Part shown: piece by piece, positions 10,026-21,613 of the stretch
Layout of the letters: each line of letters starts with the position of its first letter
How positions within the stretch are numbered: position 1 is the first letter of the stretch
Assembly (NCBI GenBank): GCA_963829055.1
Contig: CAWHHI010000002.1
Coordinates: 1-43,593 of the forward strand
DNA: 43,593 nt
From: an uncultured Gemmatimonadaceae bacterium
GTDB lineage: Bacteria > Gemmatimonadota > Gemmatimonadetes > Gemmatimonadales > Gemmatimonadaceae
Direction of reading: 5' to 3'
Program-made: the position numbers and the translations under genes
Notes under the pieces: model-generated
What the model saw: only the letters and a program-made list of their open reading frames with translations
Told to the model about the DNA's origin: nothing
Database searches by the model: none

Positions 10026-11138
10026 ATGCCGACCACGCCTATCGCCCCCAAAAAATCGCGCCCGTTCCTTCGTCTCCTCCCGGACTGGGAGAGCCGCATC
10101 AATGGGCTACGCGTCCTCACCGGAAACACGCCGCTCCTCGCCATCGAATGCGAGGTCCACGGGCGCCCGCGCACCGTGTACGCCAAGGCCGAGAACCTGA
10201 ACTTCACCGGCTCGATCAAGGACCGGATGGCACTCCACATCATCCGGCGCGCCTACGAGACCGGGAAGCTTCAACCCGGAGGCCTGATCATCGAGGCCAC
10301 CAGCGGGAACACCGGCATCTCCTTCGCCGCCTTCGGCCGCGCCCTCGGACATCCAGTGACCATCTTCATGCCCGACTGGATGAGCGAGGAGCGAAAGGCG
10401 CTCATCCGGAGCTTCGGCGCGACCGTGCGCCTCGTGTCCGCTGCGGAAGGCGGTTTCCTGGGGAGCATCAGACTGGCCGAGGAACTGGCGAACGAGACTC
10501 CAGACGCGTTCCTGCCGCGACAGTTCGCGAACGAGCAGAACGTCGAAGCGCACGAGACGAGCACCGGACCCGAGCTCTGGTCCCAGATGCGCTGGCAGGG
10601 ACTCACGCCCGACGCGTTCGTCGCCGGAGTCGGTACCGGCGGGACCATCATGGGAGTCGGCCGCTTTCTGCGGCAGGTGAACCCGGCGGTCGGGATCTAC
10701 CCCGTCGAACCCGCGAACTCGCCGACCCTCAGCACCGGCCACAAAGTCGGCAAGCATCGCATCCAGGGAATTTCCGACGAATTCATCCCGCCTATCGTCG
10801 ATCTCACGGCGCTCAATCACATCATCGCGGTCGACGACGGCGACGCCATTCTCATGGCCCAGAAGCTCGCCGCCGAGGTCGGGCTCGGGGTCGGAATCTC
10901 CTCGGGCGCGAACTTCCTCGCCGCGCTCGACGTGCAGCGGCGGATCGGAACAGACTCGGTCGTGGTCACCGTGTTTCCCGACAGCAACAAGAAGTATCTG
11001 TCCACCGGCCTGCTGTCCTACGAGCCGGCGAAGCCCGGGCACATGTCGCCGCACGTGCGCGTCCTCGGGTTCCGCGCGCTGAGCCGCGTCTGCGGATCAT
11101 GCACCGATCCGACCCCTCTCGCACTCGGCCAGGGATAG
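10026..11138 (+). CDS. cysK: PLP-dependent cysteine synthase family protein
   Basis: [14 protein letters not shown] (PLP lysine), [28 protein letters not shown]. The ORF extension upstream of 10026 runs through repeat family A and is not credible. Confidence 0.9.
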   Translation: MPTTPIAPKKSRPFLRLLPDWESRINGLRVLTGNTPLLAIECEVHGRPRTVYAKAENLNFTGSIKDRMALHIIRRAYETGKLQPGGLIIEATSGNTGISFAAFGRALGHPVTIFMPDWMSEERKALIRSFGATVRLVSAAEGGFLGSIRLAEELANETPDAFLPRQFANEQNVEAHETSTGPELWSQMRWQGLTPDAFVAGVGTGGTIMGVGRFLRQVNPAVGIYPVEPANSPTLSTGHKVGKHRIQGISDEFIPPIVDLTALNHIIAVDDGDAILMAQKLAAEVGLGVGISSGANFLAALDVQRRIGTDSVVVTVFPDSNKKYLSTGLLSYEPAKPGHMSPHVRVLGFRALSRVCGSCTDPTPLALGQG

Positions 11139-11163
11139 ACGCAAGCGACGCAGTGACAGAGGG

Positions 11164-11207
11164 TTGACGCCCGCCTTGACGTTGCTTCACAAGGCCACGT
11201 CTACCTT
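11164..11207 (+). promoter_or_regulatory. Tandem TTGACG repeat operator plus putative -10 upstream of the efflux operon
   Basis: TTGACGCCCGCCTTGACG (11164-11181), then 20 nt, then TACCTT (11202-11207). A near-identical layout occurs at 21489-21532. Confidence 0.65.
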
Positions 11208-11272
11208 GACCGCCGTTAGGATCGACCTCCCCAGCAGGTCGGTCGCTCCCGATCACTCAATCGGCGGTCACC

Positions 11273-12691
11273 ATGTTGAATTCTGCTTTGGCGCATCCGG
11301 CGCGCCTCGCATTCGTTTTCTGGTTTTTCTGTTTCGCGCTCACCATTCCTGCTTCGGCCGGCATCGCGCAGCAGGCCGCCGTAAAGAACGTCACCCTCCC
11401 GCTCACACTCGCCGACGCCTGGGCCAGAGCCGAAGCGAAGAGCGATCAACTCACCATCGCCGGCGCGCGCGAGGAGCAGGCTCGGGGTAGTGCACTCGAG
11501 TCGGGCAGCCTCCGCCGCCCGCGACTGTCCGCGTTCTCATCGTACGACCGTACGCTCCAGAGTGAGTTCGAAGGAGTCACGGGTTTCGCCCCGGATTCCA
11601 CGACATCCTCGAGCGAAGACTCTGCCGAGATTCCGTTCGGCAGCGCTCACACCTATCGCGCCGGGCTGACCGCGTCCTACACGGTCTTCTCCGGCGGACG
11701 CTTCCTCGCCCAGACCCGCGCCGCCGCGAGCAGCCGTCGCGCAGCGGAGCTCGGGTTCGTCTCGACCCGCGCCCAGGTACGCCTCGACGTCACCGAGGCC
11801 TACTACGACGCGATGCTCGCCGATCGCCTCCATCGGATCGCCGAGTGGACGCTCGAACAGGCCGACAGCACGTACCACCGGATGACGCTCATGACCGGCG
11901 TGGGTCGCGCGCCGGAGTTCGACCTCGTCCGCGCCAAGGCATCACGCGATCGGCAGCGCCCGGTGGTCATACAGCGCGAGGCCGATCGAGACATCGCGAT
12001 GCTTCGCCTGCGCCAACTGCTGCATGTTCCGGCTACCGCGGAGCTCACGCTCCCGACGGACATTGTCGCGGCACCGGCAGACCGGCCAGGCGCGCCTTCT
12101 ATAGAAAGTGCGTCGAGAGAAAGTGCGTCGAGCCGCACCGCCGTCCGCGAAGCCGCGGAGTCTGTCGCCCGGGGCGAGCAGCTCGTGCTCGCGTCCGAGG
12201 CCGGTCGGTTACCGGCCGTCAGCCTCACCTCCACCTACGAGCGCGTCGCCTACCCGCTTCGGGGGAACCCGACGTGGAAGGAGTCACGCGCGAACTGGAC
12301 GCTCGGTGCTCGCGTCGATCTACCAATCCTGACGGGCGGGCACCAGAGTGGCAGCGATGCCGTAGCACACGCCGAGCTCGATGCCGCCCGCGCTCGGCTC
12401 CGCCAGACGGAGCAGCTCGCGGAGCTCGACACGCGCTCGTCGATGGCGCGCCTCGGGGCGGCAGAGGCGGCGTTCGAGGCGAGCGAGGCGAGCGTCGAGG
12501 AAGCCTCTCGCGCCTACTCGATCGCGATGCTGCGCTTTCACGAGGGCGTTTCCATCCAGCTCGAACTGACCGACGCACGCCTGCTGCTCGAGCAGGCGCG
12601 TGCGGACCAGGCACGTGCGGCGCGCGATCTCTCGGTCGCACGCGTCCGCGCTGCTCTGCTCACCGACCTGCCGTTAGGCAGCGGCCGGTGA
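11273..12691 (+). CDS. TolC-family outer membrane efflux protein
   Basis: Signal peptide, two OEP-like repeats (VTEAYYDAMLA; RFHEGVSIQLELTDAR), first gene of a tripartite efflux operon. Confidence 0.9.
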   Translation: MLNSALAHPARLAFVFWFFCFALTIPASAGIAQQAAVKNVTLPLTLADAWARAEAKSDQLTIAGAREEQARGSALESGSLRRPRLSAFSSYDRTLQSEFEGVTGFAPDSTTSSSEDSAEIPFGSAHTYRAGLTASYTVFSGGRFLAQTRAAASSRRAAELGFVSTRAQVRLDVTEAYYDAMLADRLHRIAEWTLEQADSTYHRMTLMTGVGRAPEFDLVRAKASRDRQRPVVIQREADRDIAMLRLRQLLHVPATAELTLPTDIVAAPADRPGAPSIESASRESASSRTAVREAAESVARGEQLVLASEAGRLPAVSLTSTYERVAYPLRGNPTWKESRANWTLGARVDLPILTGGHQSGSDAVAHAELDAARARLRQTEQLAELDTRSSMARLGAAEAAFEASEASVEEASRAYSIAMLRFHEGVSIQLELTDARLLLEQARADQARAARDLSVARVRAALLTDLPLGSGR

Positions 12692-12694
12692 GGA

Positions 12695-12802
12695 TGTCAT
12701 CCCGAGGAGCGTCAGCGACGAGGGACCTTCTGTGCAGTACTCGTGGCCAGACTGGCTACGATGACGTCACAGCAAGGTCCCTCGCTGCCGCTCGGGATGA
12801 CA
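12695..12802. repeat. REP-like hairpin (family B) inside the efflux operon
   Basis: TGTCATCCCGAG...GAGGGACCTT ... AAGGTCCCTC...CTCGGGATGACA inverted arms. Confidence 0.85.
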
Positions 12803-12866
12803 CATGGCTGGCGCTCGGGTGCCAGTCATTTCCACCAGTACGAACTCTTACCTAACGAGTCACACC

Positions 12867-14000
12867 ATGAGACCTACATATAAAACACCGATCGCCGCAG
12901 GCAGCCTGATCGCCGCGCTGACCTTCGCGGTGCAAGGGTGCGGCCGCAACGCCGCCGCAGCGAGTCCGCCTGCGGCACCCGTCGTGACCCTCGTCGCCGA
13001 GGACGTCGCGACGGTCGAGAGCCGAGAGCTGGCCACAGGCCCGATCATCGCCGGCACGCTGACGGCGCGCACGCACGCGACCATTCGCGCCGAAGTCGGC
13101 GGAACGGTCGTCGCGATGTTCGCCGATCGCGGCATGACCGTCGCCGCAGGCGCACGCCTGCTCCGCATCGAGGACCGCGCCATTCGCGATGCCCAGACGT
13201 CCGCGGCATTCGACGCCGCGACCGAGGAAGGAGCGCTCTTCCTCGCGGCACGCCGCCTAACGCGCTCCGAGGCGCTGCTGGCCGGTGGCGCGATCTCGAG
13301 CGAAGAGGTCGAGGACGTACGCCACGCGCTCGCTACCGCGCAGTCGAAGCTGGTGGCCGCCCATGCCCGGCTCAGTGTCGCAACGAACACGCTCGAGCGC
13401 ACCGTCGTCCGCGCGCCATTCGCCGGCGTCGTGAGCGCTCGGCCCGTGAACACGGGCGACGTCGTCGAGTCGGGTGCGGTGCTGTTCGAGGTGCTCGATC
13501 CGACGACCATGTATGTCGAGAGCGCGGTACCGTCGGCTGACCTCGCGATGATACACGTTGGTGCGCCGGTCGCTTTCACGGTGAGCGGATACCCTGACCG
13601 GACCTTCAAGGGCAGGATCGAGCGCGTGAACCCGGCGGCCGATCCGAACACACGTCAGGTGCCGGTGTTCGTCGCGATTCAGAACACTGACCGGACGCTC
13701 GTCGCGGGCCTGTTCGCCGAGGGGCACGTGGCGCCGAGCACCGGCCCCGCGCTCATCGTACCAGGTGCGGCCGTGGAGCGCACTGGCGGCGCGGCGGCGG
13801 TCGTTCGCCTCACCGGCGGACGCATCGAGCGTCGTCAGGTCGAGACGGGACGCCAGGACGGCGACGGCACGCTCGTCGAGATCCGCTCCGGCCTCACGTT
13901 AGGCGACACCGTACTGCTTGGCGTATCGCGGTCACTTCCTACGGGAACGGCGGCGCGTGTTGCCGGCGGCAAGACTGTCACGACTCCCACCGTTCGCTGA
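12867..14000 (+). CDS. RND efflux periplasmic adaptor (MFP), probable lipoprotein
   Basis: AVQGC lipobox-like signal, IRAEVGG, VRAPFAGVV, TFKGRIERVNPAADPNTRQV. Confidence 0.92.
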   Translation: MRPTYKTPIAAGSLIAALTFAVQGCGRNAAAASPPAAPVVTLVAEDVATVESRELATGPIIAGTLTARTHATIRAEVGGTVVAMFADRGMTVAAGARLLRIEDRAIRDAQTSAAFDAATEEGALFLAARRLTRSEALLAGGAISSEEVEDVRHALATAQSKLVAAHARLSVATNTLERTVVRAPFAGVVSARPVNTGDVVESGAVLFEVLDPTTMYVESAVPSADLAMIHVGAPVAFTVSGYPDRTFKGRIERVNPAADPNTRQVPVFVAIQNTDRTLVAGLFAEGHVAPSTGPALIVPGAAVERTGGAAAVVRLTGGRIERRQVETGRQDGDGTLVEIRSGLTLGDTVLLGVSRSLPTGTAARVAGGKTVTTPTVR

Positions 14001-14010
14001 GGATCACTCC

Positions 14011-17000
14011 GTGTTCATCTCCGATTTCGCCATCAAGCGACCAGTCGTCACGGTCGCGACGATGCTAGCCATAGCCGGGTTCGGCGCGTTCGCGCTGGCC
14101 GGCCTCAAGACCGACGAACTGCCTGATGTGAAGTTCCCCGTGGTCGGCGTCACGCTCGTGTACCCGGGCGCGTCGCCCGAGGGCGTCGAGCGCGAGGTGC
14201 TCGACCCCATCGAAGACCGCATCGCCGGCATCTCCGGTGTCGACAAGCTGGAGTCGACGGTGCGCGACGGCGTCGCGCAGATCGCCGTGTACTTCGACTT
14301 CGACAAGGACGTACAGACCGGGTCGCAGGAAGTGCGCGATGCGATCGCCGAGATTCGCGGCGATCTGCCACTCGAGATGGAGGAGCCGACCATCATGCAC
14401 TTCGACCCGGCGGACGCGCCGGTGATGTCGCTGACGCTCACGTCCACGAGCCTGGATGCGGCGCGACTCACGCGTGTTGCCGACCCGGGACTCACTCGCG
14501 CGCTGCTTGGCGTGCGCGGTGTGGCCCACGTGACGCTGGCCGGTGGACGCGAGCGCGAGCTCACCGTCGCGCTCGAGCCGGCGGCCATGCGCGCCCTGAG
14601 CGTCAGCGTGGCTGATATCGTGTCGGCGCTCCAGTCACAGAACCTCGCGACGCCCGTTGGCCACGTCATCGGCAGGCGGGACGAACGCAGCATCCGGTTC
14701 CGCGGCCGTCTTGCCGATCAACAGGCATTCGAGGCGGTGGTCGTCAGCCGCCGCGGCACTCAACTCGTTAGGCTCGGCGAAGTCGCCAAAATAATTGACG
14801 GCGCCGAGGAGGCTCGTTCGCTGGCGATGTTCAACGCCGAGCCGGCGCTTGGGCTCGACATCATCAAGGCCCACGGCTACAGCACGACGGCGGTGAACGA
14901 AGCGATTCACGCCGAGCTCGCGAGATTGCGCCCCACGCTGCCGGCTGGAACGCGCCTCGAGGTCGTGCAGGATGCGGGCGAGCGCGTGGCGGCGTCGGTG
15001 CACAGCGTCCAGCGCGCGTTGCTCGAGGGCGCTGTACTCACCGTGCTCGTCGTGTTCCTCTTCCTCAACTCGTGGCGCTCGACCGTCATCACCGGTCTCG
15101 CGCTCCCGATCTCGGTCCTCGCCGCCTTCGTAGCCGTGTACGCGTTCGGCTTCACCCTCAACATGATGACGCTGCTCGGCCTCTCGCTGGCGATCGGCAT
15201 CCTGATCGACGACGCCATCGTCGTGCGCGAGAACATCGTCAGGCACATCGAGCTCGGCAGCGATCACGAGACGGCGGCCCGAATCGGCACCGCCGAGATC
15301 GGCCTCGCGGTCGCCGCGACCACGCTGTCGATCGTCGCCGTGTTCGCTCCGATCGCGTTCATGGGCGGCATCGCGGGCCAGTGGTTCAAGCCGTTCGCGC
15401 TGACCATGGCGTCGTCGGTGCTGGTATCGCTGTTCATCTCGTTCTCGCTCGACCCGATGCTCTCGGCGCACTGGCCCGACCCGCACACACCCGAGCACCG
15501 CAAGGCGTGGATCACGCGGAAGCTCGATCGCTTCAACCAGTGGTTCGATCGTCTGGCGGACCGCTACCATGACGTCCTGGCGTGGGCGCTGGATCACCGG
15601 CTCGCGATGGCCGGCATCGCCGTCGGCTCACTCGTCCTGGCGATCGGGCTGCAGGCGGCCATTGGCGGAACGGACTTCATTCCGAGCACCGACCGCAGCG
15701 AGATCTCGATCGACGTCGATGCGCCGGCTGGCTCGAATCTGGAGTACACGACGCAACGTGCCGAGCACGCGGTCCGCGTGGCGCGCGCGCACGCTGAAGT
15801 GGCGTACGCGTACACGACCGTCGGCGGTGGCGGCGGTGCAATCGACAAGGCGTTGATCTACGTGAAGCTGGTGCCGCGCGACAAGCGCAGTGCGAGCCAG
15901 GACGAGATTGGTCGTCGCATCCGTCTCGAGCTCGCGCAGACCTCCGGCGCCGAGTACTCGGTGTACTCGTCAGGCAACGGCAACTTCAAGCAGATTCAAC
16001 TTCAGCTCCGTGGTCGCGACGCGCGTACGCTTACGGCCCTGGCTCAGCGCGTTGCGACCGAGGTGCGCGCCGTGCCGGGTGCCGTGGACGTCAGTCTCTC
16101 GACCAAGGGCGAGAAGCCCGAGCTCCAGGTGGATCTGGACCGTGGCCTCGCCGCCACGTTAGGCCTGTCGGCCGCGGACGTCGCGCAGGCGATCCGGCCG
16201 GCGTTCGCCGGCGTCGATGCCGGCGACTGGGTGGATCCCGACGGCGAGACGCGAAACGTGATGGTGCGGCTCACCGACGACGCGCGACGTGGCGCGACGA
16301 GCCTGGCGCAGCTGCCGCTCATCGTGGCCGATGAGTCTGGCGCCATTCAGCCGATCCCGCTCGGTCAGGTCGCGGCTATCACCGAGGGCGTGGGGCCAGC
16401 GCAGATCAATCACCTCGACCGCGATCGACTCATCAACATCCAGGCGAACGTCGACGGTCGTCCGCTTGGTGATGTGATGAAGGGGATCGACGAGCGGCTC
16501 GCGACAATCACCCTCCCGGCAGGATATCGCATCACGAAGGGCGGCGATGCCGCCGACCAGGTCGAGGTGTTCGGCCGGATCTTCTCGGCGCTCGGGATCG
16601 CGGTGCTGCTCATGTACCTCGTGCTCGTGATGCAGTTCGGGTCGTTCCTGGATCCGTTCGCGATTCTCCTGTCGCTGCCGTTGTCGCTGATCGGTGTAGT
16701 CGGCGGGCTGTTGGTGACGGGCGATTCGCTCAACCTGTTGAGCCTCATCGGCGTGATCCTGCTCATGGGCATCGTCGCCAAGAACGCGATCCTGCTGGTG
16801 GACTTCGCGAAGCATCGTCGGGCGCAGGGCTCGACGCTGCGCGTGGCGCTGATCGAGGCCGGCCGTGTGCGGCTGCGTCCGATTCTGATGACGACGTTCG
16901 CGCTCGTCGCCGGGATGATTCCGGTCGCGATCGGCGGTGGGGAAGGCGGCGACTTCTACGCGCCGTTAGGCAGAGCGGTCATCGGCGGCACGCTGACGTC

Positions 17001-17139
17001 GACGCTGCTCACGCTGCTCGTGGTGCCGACGTTCTACGAGGTGCTCGAGGAGACGAAGGAGCGCGCTCGGGGATGGATGGCCGGGTTGCGAACACGCGTG
17101 GGTTCATCACACATCGCGCCGATGGAGGCCGGTGACTGA
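14011..17139 (+). CDS. RND efflux permease (AcrB/AcrD/AcrF, HAE1 type)
   Basis: GTG start, [46 protein letters not shown]. About 1040 aa. Confidence 0.95.
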   Translation: MFISDFAIKRPVVTVATMLAIAGFGAFALAGLKTDELPDVKFPVVGVTLVYPGASPEGVEREVLDPIEDRIAGISGVDKLESTVRDGVAQIAVYFDFDKDVQTGSQEVRDAIAEIRGDLPLEMEEPTIMHFDPADAPVMSLTLTSTSLDAARLTRVADPGLTRALLGVRGVAHVTLAGGRERELTVALEPAAMRALSVSVADIVSALQSQNLATPVGHVIGRRDERSIRFRGRLADQQAFEAVVVSRRGTQLVRLGEVAKIIDGAEEARSLAMFNAEPALGLDIIKAHGYSTTAVNEAIHAELARLRPTLPAGTRLEVVQDAGERVAASVHSVQRALLEGAVLTVLVVFLFLNSWRSTVITGLALPISVLAAFVAVYAFGFTLNMMTLLGLSLAIGILIDDAIVVRENIVRHIELGSDHETAARIGTAEIGLAVAATTLSIVAVFAPIAFMGGIAGQWFKPFALTMASSVLVSLFISFSLDPMLSAHWPDPHTPEHRKAWITRKLDRFNQWFDRLADRYHDVLAWALDHRLAMAGIAVGSLVLAIGLQAAIGGTDFIPSTDRSEISIDVDAPAGSNLEYTTQRAEHAVRVARAHAEVAYAYTTVGGGGGAIDKALIYVKLVPRDKRSASQDEIGRRIRLELAQTSGAEYSVYSSGNGNFKQIQLQLRGRDARTLTALAQRVATEVRAVPGAVDVSLSTKGEKPELQVDLDRGLAATLGLSAADVAQAIRPAFAGVDAGDWVDPDGETRNVMVRLTDDARRGATSLAQLPLIVADESGAIQPIPLGQVAAITEGVGPAQINHLDRDRLINIQANVDGRPLGDVMKGIDERLATITLPAGYRITKGGDAADQVEVFGRIFSALGIAVLLMYLVLVMQFGSFLDPFAILLSLPLSLIGVVGGLLVTGDSLNLLSLIGVILLMGIVAKNAILLVDFAKHRRAQGSTLRVALIEAGRVRLRPILMTTFALVAGMIPVAIGGGEGGDFYAPLGRAVIGGTLTSTLLTLLVVPTFYEVLEETKERARGWMAGLRTRVGSSHIAPMEAGD

Positions 17140-17141
17140 TT

Positions 17142-17218
17142 GTCATTCCGAGCGGAGGCTCGGCATCGAGCCGATCTGGCCACGGACATCTCGAAGTCAT
17201 CACGCCGCTCGGAATGAC
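17142..17218. repeat. REP-like hairpin (family B) between convergent genes; possible bidirectional terminator
   Basis: Perfect 14-bp arms GTCATTCCGAGCGG / CCGCTCGGAATGAC. Confidence 0.85.
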
Positions 17219-20200
17219 TAACGCTTCAACGCCTCCAGCCTTTGCCTCGCGGTAGCCAGTCGCGGAGCAAAGGCTGGATCTGCTTTGCTCCACGCGCGAG
17301 CCACAACGTCATAGTGCGCTGCAGCGCTGTCGCGAGCGGCCGCGCCCGGCATGGCGTCCCACGCCTGCGCGAGCGACTCGTGAATCTCGGCGCGCGTGAC
17401 ATAGAAGTTCGACGCCTCGAGCGATCCCCGCAGCGCCGGTTGCAGCACCACGATCGCCTCACTCGGTCGCTGCTGACGCAGTAGTGCTCTGGCGAGCGTC
17501 AGATTCGTTCGCGTGTATCCAAGGTTCCACGAGTAGATCGCGCGTCTGAGCTCAGCGATCGCCGCATCGTCCTGACCGCGAGAGACGAACAGCAGTCCAC
17601 GGACATGATGGTGGAGGCGGCGGTCCCGTTCGTAGCCGCTTCGCGCGCCCGATGTCGCCACACTGTCGGCACGCGCCGCCAATCCGACGGTGTCGCGGCC
17701 AGCCGCGAGCGCGTTTGCCGCCTGTGTCATCGCCCACGCGGTCGATCGTCCCAGCTGTGATGGCATCTCCGCATCGCTCGTCCAGCGCCCGATCGAGTCG
17801 AAGAGCGCTGCCGCTTCCGCAAACCGTCCCATCTCGAACAGCACCTGGGCCTCCATCACAGTCTGTGTTGGAGCCGCGTTGCGAGGTGTTCCCGGGGTGC
17901 GAGGAGAAATCGCCTCTACCGCCACCCGAAACTCCTTCGCGGTAGCCAACGCCTCGGCGAGCCGACCCTGCTGGCGGTAGCTGAGGGTGAGATACCAGAG
18001 CCCTTCGCGCTTCCTGTGGGGATTGCCGCTCTCGATCCACTCGCGAAGCCCACGGTCGGCATCGTCGTACGCACCGCGTGTAGATCTGGTGCTCCTCGAG
18101 CACGGGCGACTCGCTGGTCTCCGAACGTGACGGATCGAACGACGCTTCACGCTGTAACGCGGCAAGCGCCTCCGCCGCGCGGCCGCGTTGCTCCAGGACT
18201 TCGGCGAGGACGTGCCAGGGCACCGACGATTTCGGCTGGAGACGGATCCAGCGCCGCAGTTCCCGCTCCGCTGCGGGGAGCGAATCGGCGAGCTGATACG
18301 CCGAGACGATCTCGCGAAGCGCGTCGCACGCGTTGCACAGCGCACGTGCACCGGTCAGGGCGAGTGAGTCCATCGCCACCACTCGATTGAGCGGGGCGAG
18401 GGCACTGAGGAACTCACCGGCGCTGATGAGGCTCGCGCCGGTGAAGAAATAGCCTTCCACCTCGTCGGGATACCGAACGAGCAACGTGTCCGCAAGCGCG
18501 CGGAGCGCCGGCGACGACGTGATGACATGCGCTTGCCGCGCCAGAATCGTTAGGCGCTCGCGATCGGTGGTGCGTGTCGCCAGTCGGGCGGCACGCGCGA
18601 ATCGCGCGAGGGACACGTCCCGGCTCTCCCACACCGAGAGCGCACTGTAGTACGCCGCCATGGCGAACGTGCTGTCGATCGCCAGTGCCGCCTCGAACAG
18701 TCGCTCCGCACCGCGCTTGTCGTTCTCGTAATAGGTGCGGAGCCCCTGCTCGTAGAGGCGATACGCCGCCTCCGACTTGGTAGTGACGTCCGCGACTGAG
18801 CCGACCGGAGTCGCCTGCCCGAAGTCGATCGCGAGACGCGCGGTGCCGCTGTCGGCGAGCTCGAAGAGCGTCGCGCCGGTCACCGAATGCGCCTGGCGCA
18901 AGCTGCCTGTCGCCAGCTCCACACGGCGCAGATCGAGTCGCATGCCGCCGTCGGCAAGCGTGTAGAGCGCTCCGTCGAGGAGCTCCGTCGCTCCGGCCCG
19001 CCGAGCAGCGGCGACAATGGCCGCCGCGGATGTGTCACGGTCTCCGTTTTGACTCGCCAGCTCGTACATCCGCGCGGTGCTCACGACCCGCATGCGTCCG
19101 ACGCGCCCGAGATTCGTCGCCAGCATGTCGGTGAGCGGCTTGGCCAGCTCGGACGATTTGTCGTCTCTGTAGTCGTTGATGCGCCCCAGCGCCACGACCG
19201 GGATTGCGTCACCGGACTCGCCTCCGGCCGCCGACCGAGACGGCATGCGAACGAGTCCCGTCTGGACCGTGATCACTATGGCGAGCGCCGCGATGCCTAT
19301 CGTGGCGATCGCGGTCCCGACCCGACCCTGCCACAGCTGGCTGCGCGATCGTAGCGCCGGCGCGGGCGCTTGCTGCTCCGCGCGCGCCAGGTGATACGGC
19401 AACAGGCTTCGCTCGGCCGTCGCGACCATGTCCCGCCTAACGAGCACATCCGCCGCGCGGGTATGGAACGCGCGCCGCTTCGTCGCCGGAACGAGCGCGA
19501 GCACCGCTCGCGCGACGAGCGGCGACGTGAACTCGAATCGGCCCGGCTGGGTGGGCGATTCGCGCAGCACCCGCCGGTCGACCAGTTCCACGAATGCAGC
19601 CTCGGCCTCATCCGGCGGAACTTCCGCCACTTCCTCGACGACGATCGGCTCGGTCGGACCATCGAGAACGGCCATCGCCCCCGCGATCGTTACGGCCGCC
19701 GGCGCCAGGCGATCCAGTCGCGCTTTCATACGATCGCGAACGGCGGCCGGCAGCGGCAGCGGACGTCCCGCGAGCGCCGGCGACACGCGCCAGTTTCCGT
19801 CCGCATCCAACGTCAACAGGTGATCATCGACGAGCGACGCGACGATGGCCGAAATGTCGTGCGGCAGCCCGCTGCCTTCGCGCACCAACCGGCCGGCAAG
19901 CGCATGGCGTTCCTGCGGCGGGAGCGACACCATCGAACCGACCATCGCTTCCACGTCCGCAGGACCGAGCGCGTGAAGCCACATCCGCCGCAAGCCACGC
20001 GTCTCGAGCAGCGTACCGAGTTGGACGACGGGCGCCCGTTGCGCCTCGTCCGCGGTCACGACGCACAACACTCGCCCCGTTAGGCGCGAGGCGAGCATCA
20101 CCAACAGCCGGCGACTCGCTTCGTCGGCGCCATCGACACCATCGAGATAGAGAAGGACGGGCTGCTCCTCGCTGATGGCGGCGAGCGTCTGCGCGATCCC

Positions 20201-21310
20201 GTCGCAAAGGGCGGTCTCGTCACCTCGCGGCGGCGGTAGGTGGCGGAACTCCATCGCGAGCGACGGAACGAGTCGAGCGATCTCCGCGAGCGCTTCCGGC
20301 GATGCGCCCGCGCTCCCATTCGCGTCCCGAACTCCCTCGAGCACGGAAGCCGCGGCGGAGTACGGAGTGCCGTCCCCCCATCCGCGCCCGCGCAGCACGA
20401 CCGCCTTCGCCCCGACGTGCGCCGCGAGCTCGTCGCCGAGGCGGGTCATTCCGCTCCCGGCTTCGGCTTCGATGAGGACGACGACCGGCGTGCCGTCACA
20501 GGCGGTGCGCCAGGCGCTGGTGAGCTCCTCGAATTCCAGCCCGCGTCCCACGAACTGCGGTGTGTGAACCGCCGCCGACCCCCGGCCGTGTCGCGCGATC
20601 TCCGCCTTGAGGTCATCGGCCAGCCCACCACCCAGCCGGAGGAACTCCGCAGACGGCTCGACGTCGAGTGTCGTCCGAATGCGCGTCGCGAACGCGGCGT
20701 GAACGGTCGCGGCCTCCGTCGCCCGGCCGCTCATTCGAAGCGCTTCGACCAGCCGGAGGTGCGCGGTCTCATCGAACTGGAGCGCACTCGCCCATCGCTC
20801 GGCCCACGTACAGGCCTCTACCCAGTCGCCGCGAATCTCCGCATCGCCGATCAGCCGCTGCATCGCGCCGCTGAGCTGCCGGTGAAGCGCGACCCGCTCG
20901 CCCTCGATCCAACGCCGGAACGCCTCGCCGCCAATGTCTTCGGATCCGTCGAAGAAGTCGCCCTTCCATCGTTCGACCGCGGATCGGAAGTCACCGCTGG
21001 CGACGTCCCGCTCGAAGCCGGCGATGTCGAGCTCCAGCCCAGTGCCGACGACGCGAACCGTTTCCGGATCGACCTCCAGATGTTCGCCGAGCGACTGCTT
21101 GAGCTCGAGCAGCGTCTGGCGCAGCGACTGCCGGGCGCGGTCCTCACCGCGTTCTCCCCAGAACAGCGTCGCCAGCTCGGTCCGGGATGCGGGACGGGGC
21201 GCGCGACGAGCGACGTAGCTCAGTAACGCCAGCGGTTTTCGGCGGAGGGGAGGCGGGACCCCTTCGTCGGCTTCGAGTCGAAGCTCACCGAGCGTCCGTA
21301 CGTGAAGCAC
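17218..21310 (-). CDS. SARP/BTAD-family transcriptional regulator: wHTH-BTAD, AAA/STAND-like domain, TM helix, TolB-N-like and TPR region; one apparent indel near 18075
   Basis: VLHVRTLGELRL...LATLFWGE...ARQSLRQTL, DETAHLRLVEALRMSG, FVGRGLEFEEL, hydrophobic TAIATIGIAALAIVITV, TTKSEAAYRLYEQG. AGGAG RBS before the GTG at 21310. The C-terminus continues in ORF 17218-18351. Confidence 0.85.
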
Positions 21311-21488
21311 TGCGCCGTCTCCTGTTCCCGAACTTCCTTGGCCGGCTGATCGATCGCGCGGGCAGGCACCTCCTCGGGGGAAGCGGCGTCTGGCGTCGAA
21401 GATGGGGGCCGCCGGGGCAGGCGGCAAGCGTCAACAGCGGGTTCGGCCGCCGAGCTGGACTCCAGTCAATCGATTGAGCGACAGCGAC

Positions 21489-21532
21489 TTGACGCGCGCC
21501 TTGACGGTTCTGCGCAGGGGCTTCGGTAGAAT
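21489..21532 (+). promoter_or_regulatory. Tandem TTGACG repeat operator plus putative -10 upstream of the MipA/OmpV gene
   Basis: TTGACGCGCGCCTTGACG (21489-21506), then 20 nt, then TAGAAT (21527-21532). 17/18 identical to 11164-11181. Confidence 0.65.
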
Positions 21533-21613
21533 CGCTCTCGTACAACGGCACGCCAACCGGCCATGCGACGAACGCGGCGCTGGTCAACCAATCGAATACT
21601 CCGAGGCCCAGCC

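Noticed and set aside
12103..12132. 15-bp tandem duplication in tolC (ESASR-ESASS)
   Set aside because: In-frame two-copy duplication in a variable linker, with no sign of phase variation.
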